A DNA stretch of 64,000 bases. Origin: Vicugna vicugna. Lineage: Eukaryota. The position numbers and the translations under genes were made by a program. The notes under the pieces are model-generated. The model searched no databases. It saw nothing but the letters and a program-made list of their open reading frames with translations, and was not told the DNA's origin. The stretch spans positions 717,986 through 781,985 of the forward strand of contig MU058045.1 of NCBI GenBank assembly GCA_013265495.1. Reading direction: 5' to 3'. Below are positions 1-11,800 of this stretch, one piece after another. Every line of letters starts with the position of its first letter. Position 1 is the stretch's first letter.

Positions 1-1204
1 CACAATGAATATCTCTGGGGTGAGCTTCACAAGGCTGTAGTCCAGGTAAATCTTCCACCTGCCATCTCACTCATCACTAAACACCTTTGGCTTCATCTTC
101 TGATTCTTTTTAAATTGCCAGTACCTTTAAGTGAGATAGCATTTACAGAAGATATCAACCAATGACACTGTAGTATAAATGAGCATCTCAAGCTTTCCTG
201 ACACTTTAACAAGGGTGACAAAAAAAAGGGAGCGTGTGAGTGCCAAGGATAAGAGAAACTGAAGAAAGAGGAAAATGAGGCTTTGACTACAAAGGATGTA
301 AATTTGTTGCCCACACAGTTTTATTCACAAGAAGGGTCCAGACATTTTTTTCCCCTTAATTGATAGTATGTATAACTACCCCATATTTTCTTTTTTAAAA
401 TTTTCATCAAGAAGAAATGAATTTAAAAATTAGTTTTGCTTTATTTTTTAAATATACTTTCTCCTCAATTTCCTAATTTCTACCTATAGGAAAATCAATT
501 TGGAAGGATAATCAAATAGTGAAATAAAATGAGAGAAGTAGAATGGAATGACATCTTATCAGAGTGAAGTGGAACAAATGTTTGAATTGTTGTGCTTAAA
601 TGAAATTGCCAGGCACTTTTGCTTCTAAAAATAAACCCTGCAAACCTGCAAGTCTTGTCTGAAGCAGTGGGGCACTGCTTCTTTCCTCATGTGTTCAGTT
701 ACAATGTTATATAGATCATCTTGTATTTTAAATGAACATGTTACTGAGGTCACAGGTCAGTAGATACATAATTTGGGTTTTTGAAAAAAAAAAAGAAATG
801 GACTGACAAATTCTAACAGCCCTAAATGCGTTCTCGCTTAGATTCATTTAAAAAAATGTATTTATGTGTTTAGTGAACACATTATTTCTGGAAAGGAAAT
901 CCTGAATGTTTCAAATAAAATTACTCAATCTGCTTATGCTGAACTGTAACACGTATGCTGTCATAGAATAAGGGACAACCCAGCTAACTTCATATTTGGG
1001 GCTCCTGTTGAGTGCCTGCCTAATGAAGGATAGTCCCATGGAATTTTGTGTTTTATGGAACCAAGCATATTTGAAGTGATACTAGATCGATTTTTACCAG
1101 AAAAAAACCAACTCAGAGAAGGCAGGCTGAGATCCCCTGGACCATTTCCTCACTTGGAGCAGAAGGGTTTGTACCCAACAACCTCTGCCTTCCACAGTCT
1201 GCAT

Positions 1205-1590
1205 GTTCTTTTTTTTTTTAATCGAAATATAGTTGGTTTACAATGTTGTGTTAATTTCTGATGGACAGCATACACACACATATATATATATTCCTTTTCA
1301 TATTCTATTTCATTATAGACTCTGACAAGATACTGACTATAGTTCCCTGTGCTGTACAGTAGGACCTTGTTTATATATTTTGTATATAGCAGTTTGTATC
1401 CGCTAATTCCCAATCTCCTCATTTATCCCTCCCCACCTTTCCCCTTTGGTAACCAGAAGTTTGTTTTCTATCTGTGAGTCTGTTTCCGTTTTGAAATGAG
1501 TTCATTTGTGTCATTTTTTTTAAATTCCACATACAAGTGCTGTCAGGCGGTGTTTGTCTTTCTCTGCCTGGCTGACTTCAGTGCGTGTGC
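1205..1590 (-). mobile_element. L1 3' end fragment (cetartiodactyl/camelid-type)
   Basis: Poly-T followed by the antisense L1 3'UTR (...ATAGTTCCCTGTGCTGTACAGTAGG...), the same family as the copies at 24850 and 60364. Confidence 0.85.
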
Positions 1591-2394
1591 TCTCCCGTGC
1601 GATTCTCACCCCCGTGTGTCTGTGTAGGTGGGCTCTGTGTCACCGTCACAGAGACAGGCTCTGATCCTAGAGGAAAGGAAATCCACTAGGAAAGTTCCCA
1701 CAGAGAACTCCGTGTTCTCAGGAAAAATAAATCTTGTAAAGACTGTGGCTGAAGGTGCCATGGAAGAAATGAATTTTCTGGAGTCACGTGAGAGAAGCGG
1801 ACATCGTCAGACAGCACAGGTGGCATCTGGGGAAAGCGGCCGGTGATCGGTTAGACACCGGGGCGGGGCAGAGGCCGGTGGGCTCCTGAGGTTCAAGGCA
1901 AAACTGATTTCTTGCTACATCCTCTGACCTCCCGAGGCCTTTGCTTCCTTCTAAAACTTTTAAATGTTGATTTTATGTGAGTCTGACACACATGCAGAAA
2001 AGTACACAAACTCTAAGTGTAAAGCTTAATGAATTTTCAGACAAAGTACAGCCGTGTAACCAGCACCCCTCCCCAGATCAAGAAACAGAACCAAGGTGTC
2101 TCGTTTCCATCTATCTTTATTTTAAGACAGACTCAGGTGGATTTTAATTCCTTAGTGCATTGAAATGATCTCTTTATATCTATGGATTGTAAATATTTCT
2201 CTATGGCAAGAATTGTTCTCTGTTCCCCCAGCATCTAGAATAATGGTTGGCAAGTAGAACCCCCCCAACATATACACATGCGTATGTGTGTATTTGTATA
2301 TACATGTGTGTGTGGAAAGAGAGAGTATCTATCTGTTAAATGAGTGTATGTGTGCCCCATAAATAGGCTTTTTTTTTTTGCATTTTGTGGGAAG

Positions 2395-2610
2395 GAATAT
2401 AGCTTATGATTAAGAGCATAGACCCTGGAGTCAGACAGCCTGAATATAAATCCGAGTTCTTCACCTGGACCTTGGGCAAGTCACTCGTGTCTCTCTGCCT
2501 CAGTTTTCTCATCTGTAAACTGGGAGAATAATCCCACCTATTTTAAAGGTTGTGAGGACTGACGGCATTAGCACACGTGAAGATCTTAGAACAATGCCCG
2601 GCACTTATTC
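2395..2610 (+). mobile_element. MIR SINE (further MIR fragments at about 4825-4935, 6185-6385, 31372-31560 and 42960-43190)
   Basis: Core CCTTGGGCAAGTCACT...CCTCAGTTTTCTCATCTGTAAA. Confidence 0.75.
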
Positions 2611-3649
2611 AGCACAAGGAAGGATTAACTGATTGCATCCGCCACCCACAAAGCACTGTGTCAGATCCCATGGGTACCTGGGGACACGGGAGTCAGAACC
2701 CTTGCCAATGAATTGGGGGAACAAGGGTGACATCTCAGTGACTGCGTCCCAGAGAAAGCCAGCATCAAATGAGTGCAAATCCACCAACCATCTTTATCCT
2801 GGAAGCCATACCCCCTTATTTAACCACTCAGTGAATTTTATCAGGTGTCTACAGTGTTCCAGGTACCACCAATTGTCCTAGAAATAAGGAATCAACCTCC
2901 TTCCTTCTCTGGAATTAGCAAAATGCCTGTTTGGTGTCAGTTATCACAGAAACGGTCCATGGCCTCTGTCTATCTATTGCACCAACAGGCAAGGTGGATT
3001 CCAGGGTGTCAGCTGTTCTGAACAGCAAACCTCTTGTGTAAAGCAACCTTCAGTGACCTTCCCCAACCAGGCTAGGGGCAAGGGGTCCACGTCTCCTCTC
3101 ACAAGGAGGGTGGATTTTTTTTTTAAGTTGTCACATGAAGCAGGAGCGACATCTTCCACACCATGAAATTGTGGGAGGAGAGAAGACAGTAGTTTGAAGA
3201 CGGAAGAATCGGGGCGGTCAAATGAGATCAAAAGGATGTCAGTCAGGACCCACTGTTTCTCTGTGTGAGTATTTTATTTTCCCTTTTCAATTAGGAAATA
3301 CTTCAATATTATAAAATAGTGTAAGGGACATGCATGTATCCACTGGTCAGATTTACCCGAAGTAAATGCTTGGTCACGGTTGCCACCGATCTTTCTTATC
3401 AAAAAACAGAAAGAAAAGAAAAGAAATCTAAAAGATTCAACTAATGCCTCACACCTCCTCCCCATCTCTTCCTCCCTGCTCTCTTCCAACAAGTAACCAC
3501 CATCGGAGCCACGCCTTGCACATCTGTGCACATTTACTGCACGAAGATGTGTCCACAAACTACACATGAAAGTGTCTTGTACAGATTCACATTTTAGATG
3601 AAAGGCATCATTTCATATTGAGATTGTCTTTTCAAAACAGGTAAATTTT

Positions 3650-4025
3650 TTTTCTAATTTTTTATGGTGATAAAATGCACAGAAAACTTACCATCTTAAC
3701 TATTTCTAAGTGCACAGCTCAGTGAGCATGAAGGACATTCACACTGTTGTGCAACCATCACCACCATCCACCCACAGAACTCTTTTCACCTTGACAAATG
3801 GAAGGTTTTTCATCAGGAAACAATAACTGCCCATTCTCCCACTCCCCCCAGCCCCTGGCAACCATCATTCTACTTTCCATCTGTTTGCTCCGGGTACGTC
3901 ACAGAAGTAGAATCATTCAGTATCTGTCTTTCTGCAACTGGCTTATTTCACGCAGCCTAATGTCCTCATGATGCATCCATGTAGCAAGTGTCAGAATCTC
4001 CTTTCCTTTTAAGGCTGAATATTCC
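3650..4025 (-). mobile_element. L1MB-like 3' end fragment
   Basis: ACATTCACACTGTTGTGCAACCATCACCACCATCC...CCCCTGGCAACC...TTTTAAGGCTGAATA. Confidence 0.8.
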
Positions 4026-5342
4026 AGCTAATTTTTTAGCTGTCAGGCTGGCCCAACAACCCACCACCCTGCCCCATCCTTGCTTCCCTGTCTACAAGAG
4101 CCCTGCCGCCTGTGCATGAATGCCTCCGTGGACTAGAAACACTCGCCCTTTAAAGGAAGATCAGGAGTGAAGCAGCTTTATGCAGCAGAATGAGTGCGGC
4201 CCTGGCTAGAAAAGAAGGACCTGCGTTCCAGCCCAGAGAACATGCATGGGCTGGGGCTAGCGGGCCGTGAATAGATGGTATTGACCCAACCGTTTACTGT
4301 TTCTCCAAGTATGTGCACATCCATTCCCTGACTCAGCCCTGGCATCCTTCACCTCTGAACCCTGTCCAGGATCCTCAGGAATGGGTCCTGACATGCATTA
4401 AGGGAAGGCAACAAGGAAAACCAACCCAGACTGAGGGAACATTGCCAGAGAGAAGGGAGAAACCGAAACCATCAGGCACAGCAATGGACCGGAACTGTTC
4501 TGGGTGCTGTGCGTACGTACGTGTTTGTTATACATAATTAAAAAGTGTTCATGGTCACCTTAATTTCCAAGGAAGAAATGCAGTTTCCCCGTCCCCACCC
4601 CCATGCACTGTTCCTTGCCCCGGCTCCTGGTCAACCCAGTGATGCTCCCCACACAAATGAGGACATCCTTATGATCTCTCTTCTGCTTTTTGATGGGTTG
4701 AGTACTGGAACTGGATTTTAGCTGGGTATGTCTCTCTGTTTCTGATCCTACTGAGATTCCTCAAGTAGTTAAAATATTTAACATTTGGGATAAATTCTTA
4801 GCATTCTTAATTGGGCGGAGTCTGTTATTGATATGCAGTATCTTATTTTGTTCTCCCACAAGTCCTGCAAGATCGGACTGTTCTGCCCATTTTACAGGTG
4901 AGGAGGCTAAGGCTCAGAGACGTGGAAGAACTTGACTAAAGAGAAACGCTCCCCAAACGACTCTTTCCAGTAGCTCACGTCACACCTCCAAGTGGTTCAT
5001 TCCGCAACAGGCTCTGTTCTGCTTAACGGATTTTCCGTGCTTTTCACCCCCAACCAGAAAGCGATGGCCCGACGGCTCCCTGCCACGCCGGGTCTGAGCT
5101 ACCTGGAAGTTACCTTATACGAGGGTTACAGGAAGGGAAGGCGAGGATGGTTGTGCTGAAATCCCAGGTCCCGATCCCTAACGCTCAGCCCTGAACTGCA
5201 GTGGAAACCTCTTATAGTGAGGCATGCGGGAGAGCTTTAAATGGCTTGGCAGGGACTCTGAAATCAGACCCGGCCAGCATGTGTCCCTGGGTATCAGAAT
5301 AGACACTATATTTACCCCGAAAGCCCTTTAGTGCTCTAAGAG

Positions 5343-5352
5343 CTATAAATAG
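5343..5352 (+). promoter_or_regulatory. MEF2 site / TATA-like element in the DHRS7C promoter
   Basis: CTATAAATAG is a perfect YTA(A/T)4TAR match about 350 nt upstream of the ATG; a near-match CTATATTTAC sits at 5306-5315. DHRS7C is a striated-muscle gene. Confidence 0.65.
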
Positions 5353-5699
5353 TCATTAGGGCCCAAGCAAGTGGCCTTAACACAAGGATTTCTTTCCAAA
5401 AAATGCAGAACCATTTTAATTAAACTTGCAATCAACCTTTGGGAGGGCAGGCCCCCGGATTCCGTTTGCACTCAGAGACACGGTGAGTAACTTCCTCTTC
5501 ACTGACCATTTGGGGATTAGCACGCGGGCTGGAGCAGCCCTCCGGGAGCTCCCTGGAGAGGGGGGCTCGGGGCTTGGTGCATGAATGTGTCTGCCCCTCC
5601 CGCCCCAGGTCCCGATCCTGTCTCTTTGCAAAGCCAACACCTTTCTTTTTCCTTTTTCTTTCTTTCTTTTTTTTTTTTGTCATTTCCCCCCAGAACAAG

Positions 5700-5853
5700 A
5701 TGGGAGTCACAGCTATGCTCGCACTGCCCCTGCTGCTCTTGGGAATCAGCGGCCTCCTCTTCATCTACCAGGAGGTGTCCAGGTTGTGGTCCAAGTCAGC
5801 CGTGCAGAACAAGGTGGTGGTGATCACCGATGCCATCTCAGGACTGGGCAAGG
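5700..5853 (+). CDS. DHRS7C: DHRS7C coding exon 1 (N-terminal hydrophobic anchor, TDAISGLG cofactor motif)
   Basis: AAGATGG Kozak context at 5700; donor AGG|GTAAGC at 5854. Confidence 0.96.
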
Positions 5854-8800
5854 GTAAGCCAGCGTCGACCCCACTTGTACCGACTCCCTCCCCGAAGGAT
5901 AAGCAGTGACAGAGTGGCATCCGGGTGAGCCGGCTGGGACGAAATGGGGGGCGGGGGAAGGCAGTCAAGGTTGTGTTCTCTCCTACCATCTGGCATTAAG
6001 CAGCAAGTGTCTTCTCCCTCGGAGGCTGCAGCTTCCTCTCCTGAGAATTGAGGGGGTTGGAATACATGGGGTTGCAAACTCACAGCCTGCAGGGCCAAAA
6101 TCAGTCTGCAGTTATGGTCTGTTTTGCTGTCATGGGGTTTCCAGAAATTCTGAAATGCAAAGCCCTCCGCAGGGGCAGGGAACTGGTTACAAGGCCAGAC
6201 TCGGGAGCTAGGATCTGGTCTGGGCTCCACCACTTACTAGCTGGGGGCCGCCCTGCTCAGCCTTGGATTTCTCCTCTGAAGGCAAGGATACAGTCCTCTC
6301 TGCCTCATAATGTTGTTGTGATGAATAAATGAATTAATAGGTGGAGAATACTCAGAACAGTGCCTAGAGCTACAGTGGGCAGCACTCAGGTGTTAGTAAG
6401 GGTGATAAGGATGAACAGATCTAGGCAGGACATGCAGACACCAGTGTACCACACTCCCCACTAATCCCTATTGTCTCACACTCTTCGGATTCTCTCAACC
6501 ATATCATCACCTCCTGGCCTTGAAGGCATTTACCATTGGAACTCCTGAATTAGATGGTGTCAGAGGGCCCTTCCTCTGTGGCATCTGTGACATAAGAGAT
6601 AGTAACTGTCCTTAGGTTGTAAGCTTCTGACTCTCTCATTCCCAACAATGGTAGTGCAGCCCCGTGCGTCATATACTTGGGGTCCAATTCTTGCTGTTGT
6701 TTTTGTTATTTTTAATCAAATGCAGAACCCCCCAGCCAAACATTCATTAGGTCACTCAGCTGGTGTCCACTGAGTTCACTACATCCTGAGTACCAAGATG
6801 AGCACCAGCCCTTCCACAGAGGCCTGCGGGCAGGCTGGGCACCCGCCACCATGCCGCGCCATCACGAGAACATTTGCAACCTCCCGTCTGGGAATTCTCT
6901 CAGTGCCTCCTTGGCAGCCCACCTTCAGTGAGTGGTCAGCTTGGGCTCACCACGTGAGATAAAAGACAAAGAGCAGGGCAGTTAAACTAGGTTCCCGGGT
7001 GGCCCCTACGTGGGCCCCAGAAGCAATTCCCAAGAAGGATATCCTGCATCATTAGACTCAGTGCTCAAAAGGGATGGAGATGGGGACCACAAACTCCATC
7101 TCTACAGGGACCGGCCAGGGCACACGCATTTGCCAATCAAACCAGACACAAGACAACTGACAGTAGTGGGTGCCCTGGGGAAACGGACCAGAGACACCTA
7201 CCCAGAGACACTCAGAGTCAGTGTTCACGGCAACCTGTTCTTTAAGCAGAACACGCCCTTCCAGCAACAGGCCAGCTGCCAACGTGAGACCCCTTCGTCA
7301 CCTTAATTCCCTGCCACCTTGATTGCTCCTCCCTCTTGGATGGCCCCCGAGGAGCTGGCTTCTGGGCTCCGTGGCTGCTCACAGAAAGACACTACCTTTA
7401 GTGGCGTGTCTGGGGGTTTCTCGATTGGTACCCAGGATACGGACTCTCTTGGTGACCGAACCACGGATGCAAGAAAGGCAGGTGCATCCTGCTGCTGATG
7501 GGCGGGCGATCTCCACATGTCGCTTCCATCCTGCTCAGGATCTTCAGAGGGCTGTTCAGAGCTTCTCTAACCGTCCTGACTTCCTGTCTTACTAGATGGG
7601 ACTTAAGTTCCATCTATTGCTGACAGATGTATATTTGGTTTTATAGTCTTATTTATTTTATGTAAGTCTCATTCTATTAGAGCTAAATATTGTGCAAATC
7701 GGGTATTTAGGAAATACATCTCAGAAGCAAAATGGCATTTTCAGAGAAACGTGGTCTAGTCTCTGTCATGTTACCACTGCTCTTTTTTTTAAGTCTCTCA
7801 TGGGCTCACCCTAGAAAGAAAGGCAAAGCAGAAAAAAATAAAGTCCGAGTATTTAAAAGTAACTTGAGAAGCTGGGCGGGTGTGACCTTAAATAAATGCT
7901 TGGCCAGAGCATGCTGCTGACCGCGGCAATTCCGAGTCCCAAGTGCTCCATTTCCCAAGTTTAAGGCAAGAAAACAGTGAGGGGCGCCAACTCACGATCT
8001 TGAAGACCACTGTGGGGTCTTCAATAATCTGACCAACCCCCGGAGCAGCCTCAGATCTCCCCGCTGTGCTCTGGGAGGATTGGGGGCCCATGAGATGTCT
8101 CAGGGCGACTCAGACCTCGGTCCAGGCTCCCAGCGACAGGGAACTCCCAGCATGTGTTCAGATGCTTCTGGGGGCTTGCTGGGCAGGGTCCTTTTCCTGC
8201 CCAGTTTAAGGAAGTCCTAGTAAACGAACTTTCCTATGGAGGAAGGGCTGTTTTATGCCACTATGAGCTGCCCTTCGCAGGAGGCCACCACATTGAGGCT
8301 GGAAACAAAAAGAAATTCCAGAGGAAGCTGAAAGAAATGAACTCTAAAGGAACTCACAGCTCCAAGACCTGAATTCTTGGAATTCTTGCACTTGGTGGAG
8401 AGAGGGGCTCACCCTCAGGGGTGTCATCCACACGGCGTGCCCTGTCTGCCCTCCTTCTCCCCACAGAGTGTGCTCGGGTGTTCCACACCGGCGGGGCAAG
8501 GCTGGTGCTGTGTGGGAAGAGCTGGGAGAGGCTGCAGAGCCTGTATGATGCCCTGATCAGCGTGGCGGACCCCAGTAAGGTAAGGCCCTCCGGCGGCCGG
8601 CGTGACTAACTCCTGGCGTCCTTAGCCTGCGTTGACTGTCGGCGAGCAGCTCCTTGGGTGAAATTTGGTGATTGCTTTGGGGGAATGTAAGGCAATGGCC
8701 TCATTCATCTTGACACAGGTACCTCGGCCAGTTTGGTGGTTGACTCATTTTGACCACCCACCCTTCCAAAAATGTGTTCTCCAGCCCTCGGGCCTCCCCA

Positions 8801-11800
8801 CCCTCCATCCTATTTAAGTCAGACTTAAAGAGGATCCAGAAGATAGAATTTGTTACAGATAGGGGACTCTGGGTATAAACACTTATGGCTGATTCTTTAA
8901 AAATAATACTTCAAATAATATTTCCTTCCAAGAAATCAGGGAAATGTCTCCTTCCATGAAGTTATATAGGAGGTGAGCCCAAGGCTGGCTTTTTCAAAGG
9001 ATTTCCAGAGCATTGTTAAAGAAATTTTTTTTTTTAATCTTTGCCCTTGATGTTGAATTTGGTTTGGGAAATAGCCCCAACTAATTTAGAACTAAGCCTG
9101 GTACTTGAGGAGGTAAACAGGACAGCAGGGCATTCTCCAAGATGTGTTTCTTGGGGTCTTATTGGGTATTTATTGGTTATTAGGTAGTAAAAACAAGGTT
9201 CTGAGGTCAACTGTGTGGGACATATTGAGTTAGGCCAAGCTTGTCTGACCGTTTCTTTACTGCAGGACTTTTCAGAGCCTTTGATATGTAAATATGTGTA
9301 TATTTATCCAGGAAGAACATATAATAGTCTGTTTCCCAAATAAACTTGACCAGGGAGCCCTCTTTTGAAAGGCATATCTCAGGACTAGTGTTTGTCACAC
9401 ACTGGGATTGCGTTTATCATCAATTTTCTCACCTATACCTCTTCTAAACCATGAGCATCTTGACAACAGAAAGTGTTAAAAGCCAAACACAATGCCCAGC
9501 ACATAGATGGTGCTTCAAAGGTATTGTGTTGAGTGTATGATTTTGGTCAAAAACAAAATGTGGTTACAAAGTACTGGACAGATTCTCTTGTGGCTTGGAA
9601 GCCAGCTTGAAAGCATTTTCCAAAAAAGAGCTCAGAATTGTTATAAGTAATGACATCACCTCTGGAATCAGTGCACAGCCTCCATTTGGATTTCTTGGTT
9701 CTGGCCCCCTGACCTGAAGTTCAGACTTCTCACTGCACATTTGCATGTCTGGAATGTTGTTGCTCTGGTCCGCAAGAATGCATTTTCTCCATCAATTTCC
9801 TTCCTCCCAGAATCATCTCTGCTTCTTCCTCATCCTTTCTTTGTAGTCATTCCATGAGCTCTGAATTTCAAAAGGGGTATCCCTTAGATTGAAGGCCCCC
9901 AGGTCTGTGGGGATGTTCTCACACGTGCCTTGATTCTCTCATTGGTCCAGCAGACATTCACCCCAAAGCTGGTCCTCTTGGATCTCTCGGACATCAGCTG
10001 TGTCCAAGATGTGGCCAAAGAGGTCCTAGATTGCTACGGCTGTGTGGACATCCTTATCAACAATGCCAGCGTCAAGGTGAAGGGGCCTGCCCACAAGATT
10101 TCTCTGGAGCTCGACAAAAAGATCATGGACGCCAATTACTTTGGGCCCATCACACTGACCAAAGGTCTCATGAGTTTGACCTTCCTGTGGGTTCTTGGGC
10201 CACTGGCTAATGGAGAGTGCTCTGTTATGTCACCCGACAGGCGTCCAATTCTGGATGGAGCCTCCAGCACCCCTCAGAAAAATCCCTGCTTATTTGGTGA
10301 AAGCTTTCAGCAACTGACTGTAAATGTTGATAAAAGCAAAGGGACTGTGAAAGTCTCTTACTGGTAAACTCCACCCTCCCTCCCTGAGAGGCCCCCTCCC
10401 CAAGCCCCGCCCTTTACTCCTCTTTGCTTCCTCATACCCATGGCTCCCCTCCAGTCCCATTCCACATCTCTGGATGTGGTCTTCATCCTCCACAAATCTT
10501 CCTACATCAGCCTTGTGGTTGATCTGCTCCTAACCAGGACAGTTGGTCAAAGGTAGAAATTCTGTTCTCAGTAATGAAGAAGAAAAGAGTCTATCTCCAA
10601 CTACAAGAGACCCAGAGCCCTGTCAATTCCTTTGCAGAAACAGGGAAGGCAGGAGGATATCTCCCTTTTAAGGGTCAGATGGTGGTTTCTGTATGGAGAT
10701 TTCTAACTGCCAAGTTCAAGTGCAGGTCTGAAGCCTGGAGGGGTTGTGCCTAGAGATGACATGGAATCGAACTAAGAGTTTAAACCCTCCCCCCTCCCCC
10801 CACCACCAATAAAGTTCATCAAAGCAGAACCACAAAAGGGAGATGATAAGCAGGGAGAACGTCTACACTGAGGGAGTGGGCGCCCTGGCAAAGGCTGAGA
10901 AAGCCTGGTTGTAGAGCTGTCCCTTCTCTGCAGCCAGAATCTCACTGCTAATGGGCTTCTGAGACCTGCGGCAGAGGAAGGCAAAGAAGCATCTGGAGCA
11001 GAGAGATGACTTCCCAGAGCTTCTAAAATGGTGCCCAGCCCAGTCCCCGAGGGCACAGCCGGCAGGCCAGCCCAGGTGTGTCAGTCACGCTGCCTCCGAG
11101 CGCACAGGGTGCCCTGGCATCGAAGTAAGGATGCAACCCTGAGTCTTTGACTTTCTGCCACATCCCTATTCCACCTGGACCGTTACTTACCTCACAGCTT
11201 TCCCTAAATCTCCTCATTTGTAAATGAATTCGGTTTAAGGGGAAATTTCACCATAAATTAAAAACCATCTTCCCTCTCAATAAATAGAAGAAAATCTGAG
11301 ATCAAAACAAAATAGTGAATTCTCCAAAGACAAAGTGCTGAGGTCTTTCCTCTCTTCTTAAAAAACTTTTTTAATTTATTTTTTACTGGAGGATAGGTGA
11401 TTTCTAATGTTTCAGGGATACAGAAAAGTGACTTCATTTATACAGATATATATTCTTTCTCAGATTCTTTTCCATTATGTGTCATGACAAGATATTGAAT
11501 ATAGTTCCCTGTGCTATACAGTAGGTCCTTGTTGTTTCTATATTTTATATATAGTAGTTCATACCTGTATTTCCTTTTTCAAAAAAGCTTAGCACATGCA
11601 GGAGAGGTGTTACAGACCTACTGGAAGAGAGGTGAGGATATAGCTCAGTGGTAGAGGGAGTGCTTAGCATGCACCAGGTCCTGGGTTCAACCCCGAGTAC
11701 CGCCATTAAAATAAATAAATAAATAAAATTAATTACGTCCTCCCACAAAAAATCCAAACAAATAAACTGAAGACCTATTGGAATCACCCTGAGACTTCGT

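Noticed and set aside
8000..8024. 9-bp hairpin TTGAAGACC/GGTCTTCAA in DHRS7C intron 1
   Set aside because: Too short for a pre-miRNA and plausible by chance in 64 kb.
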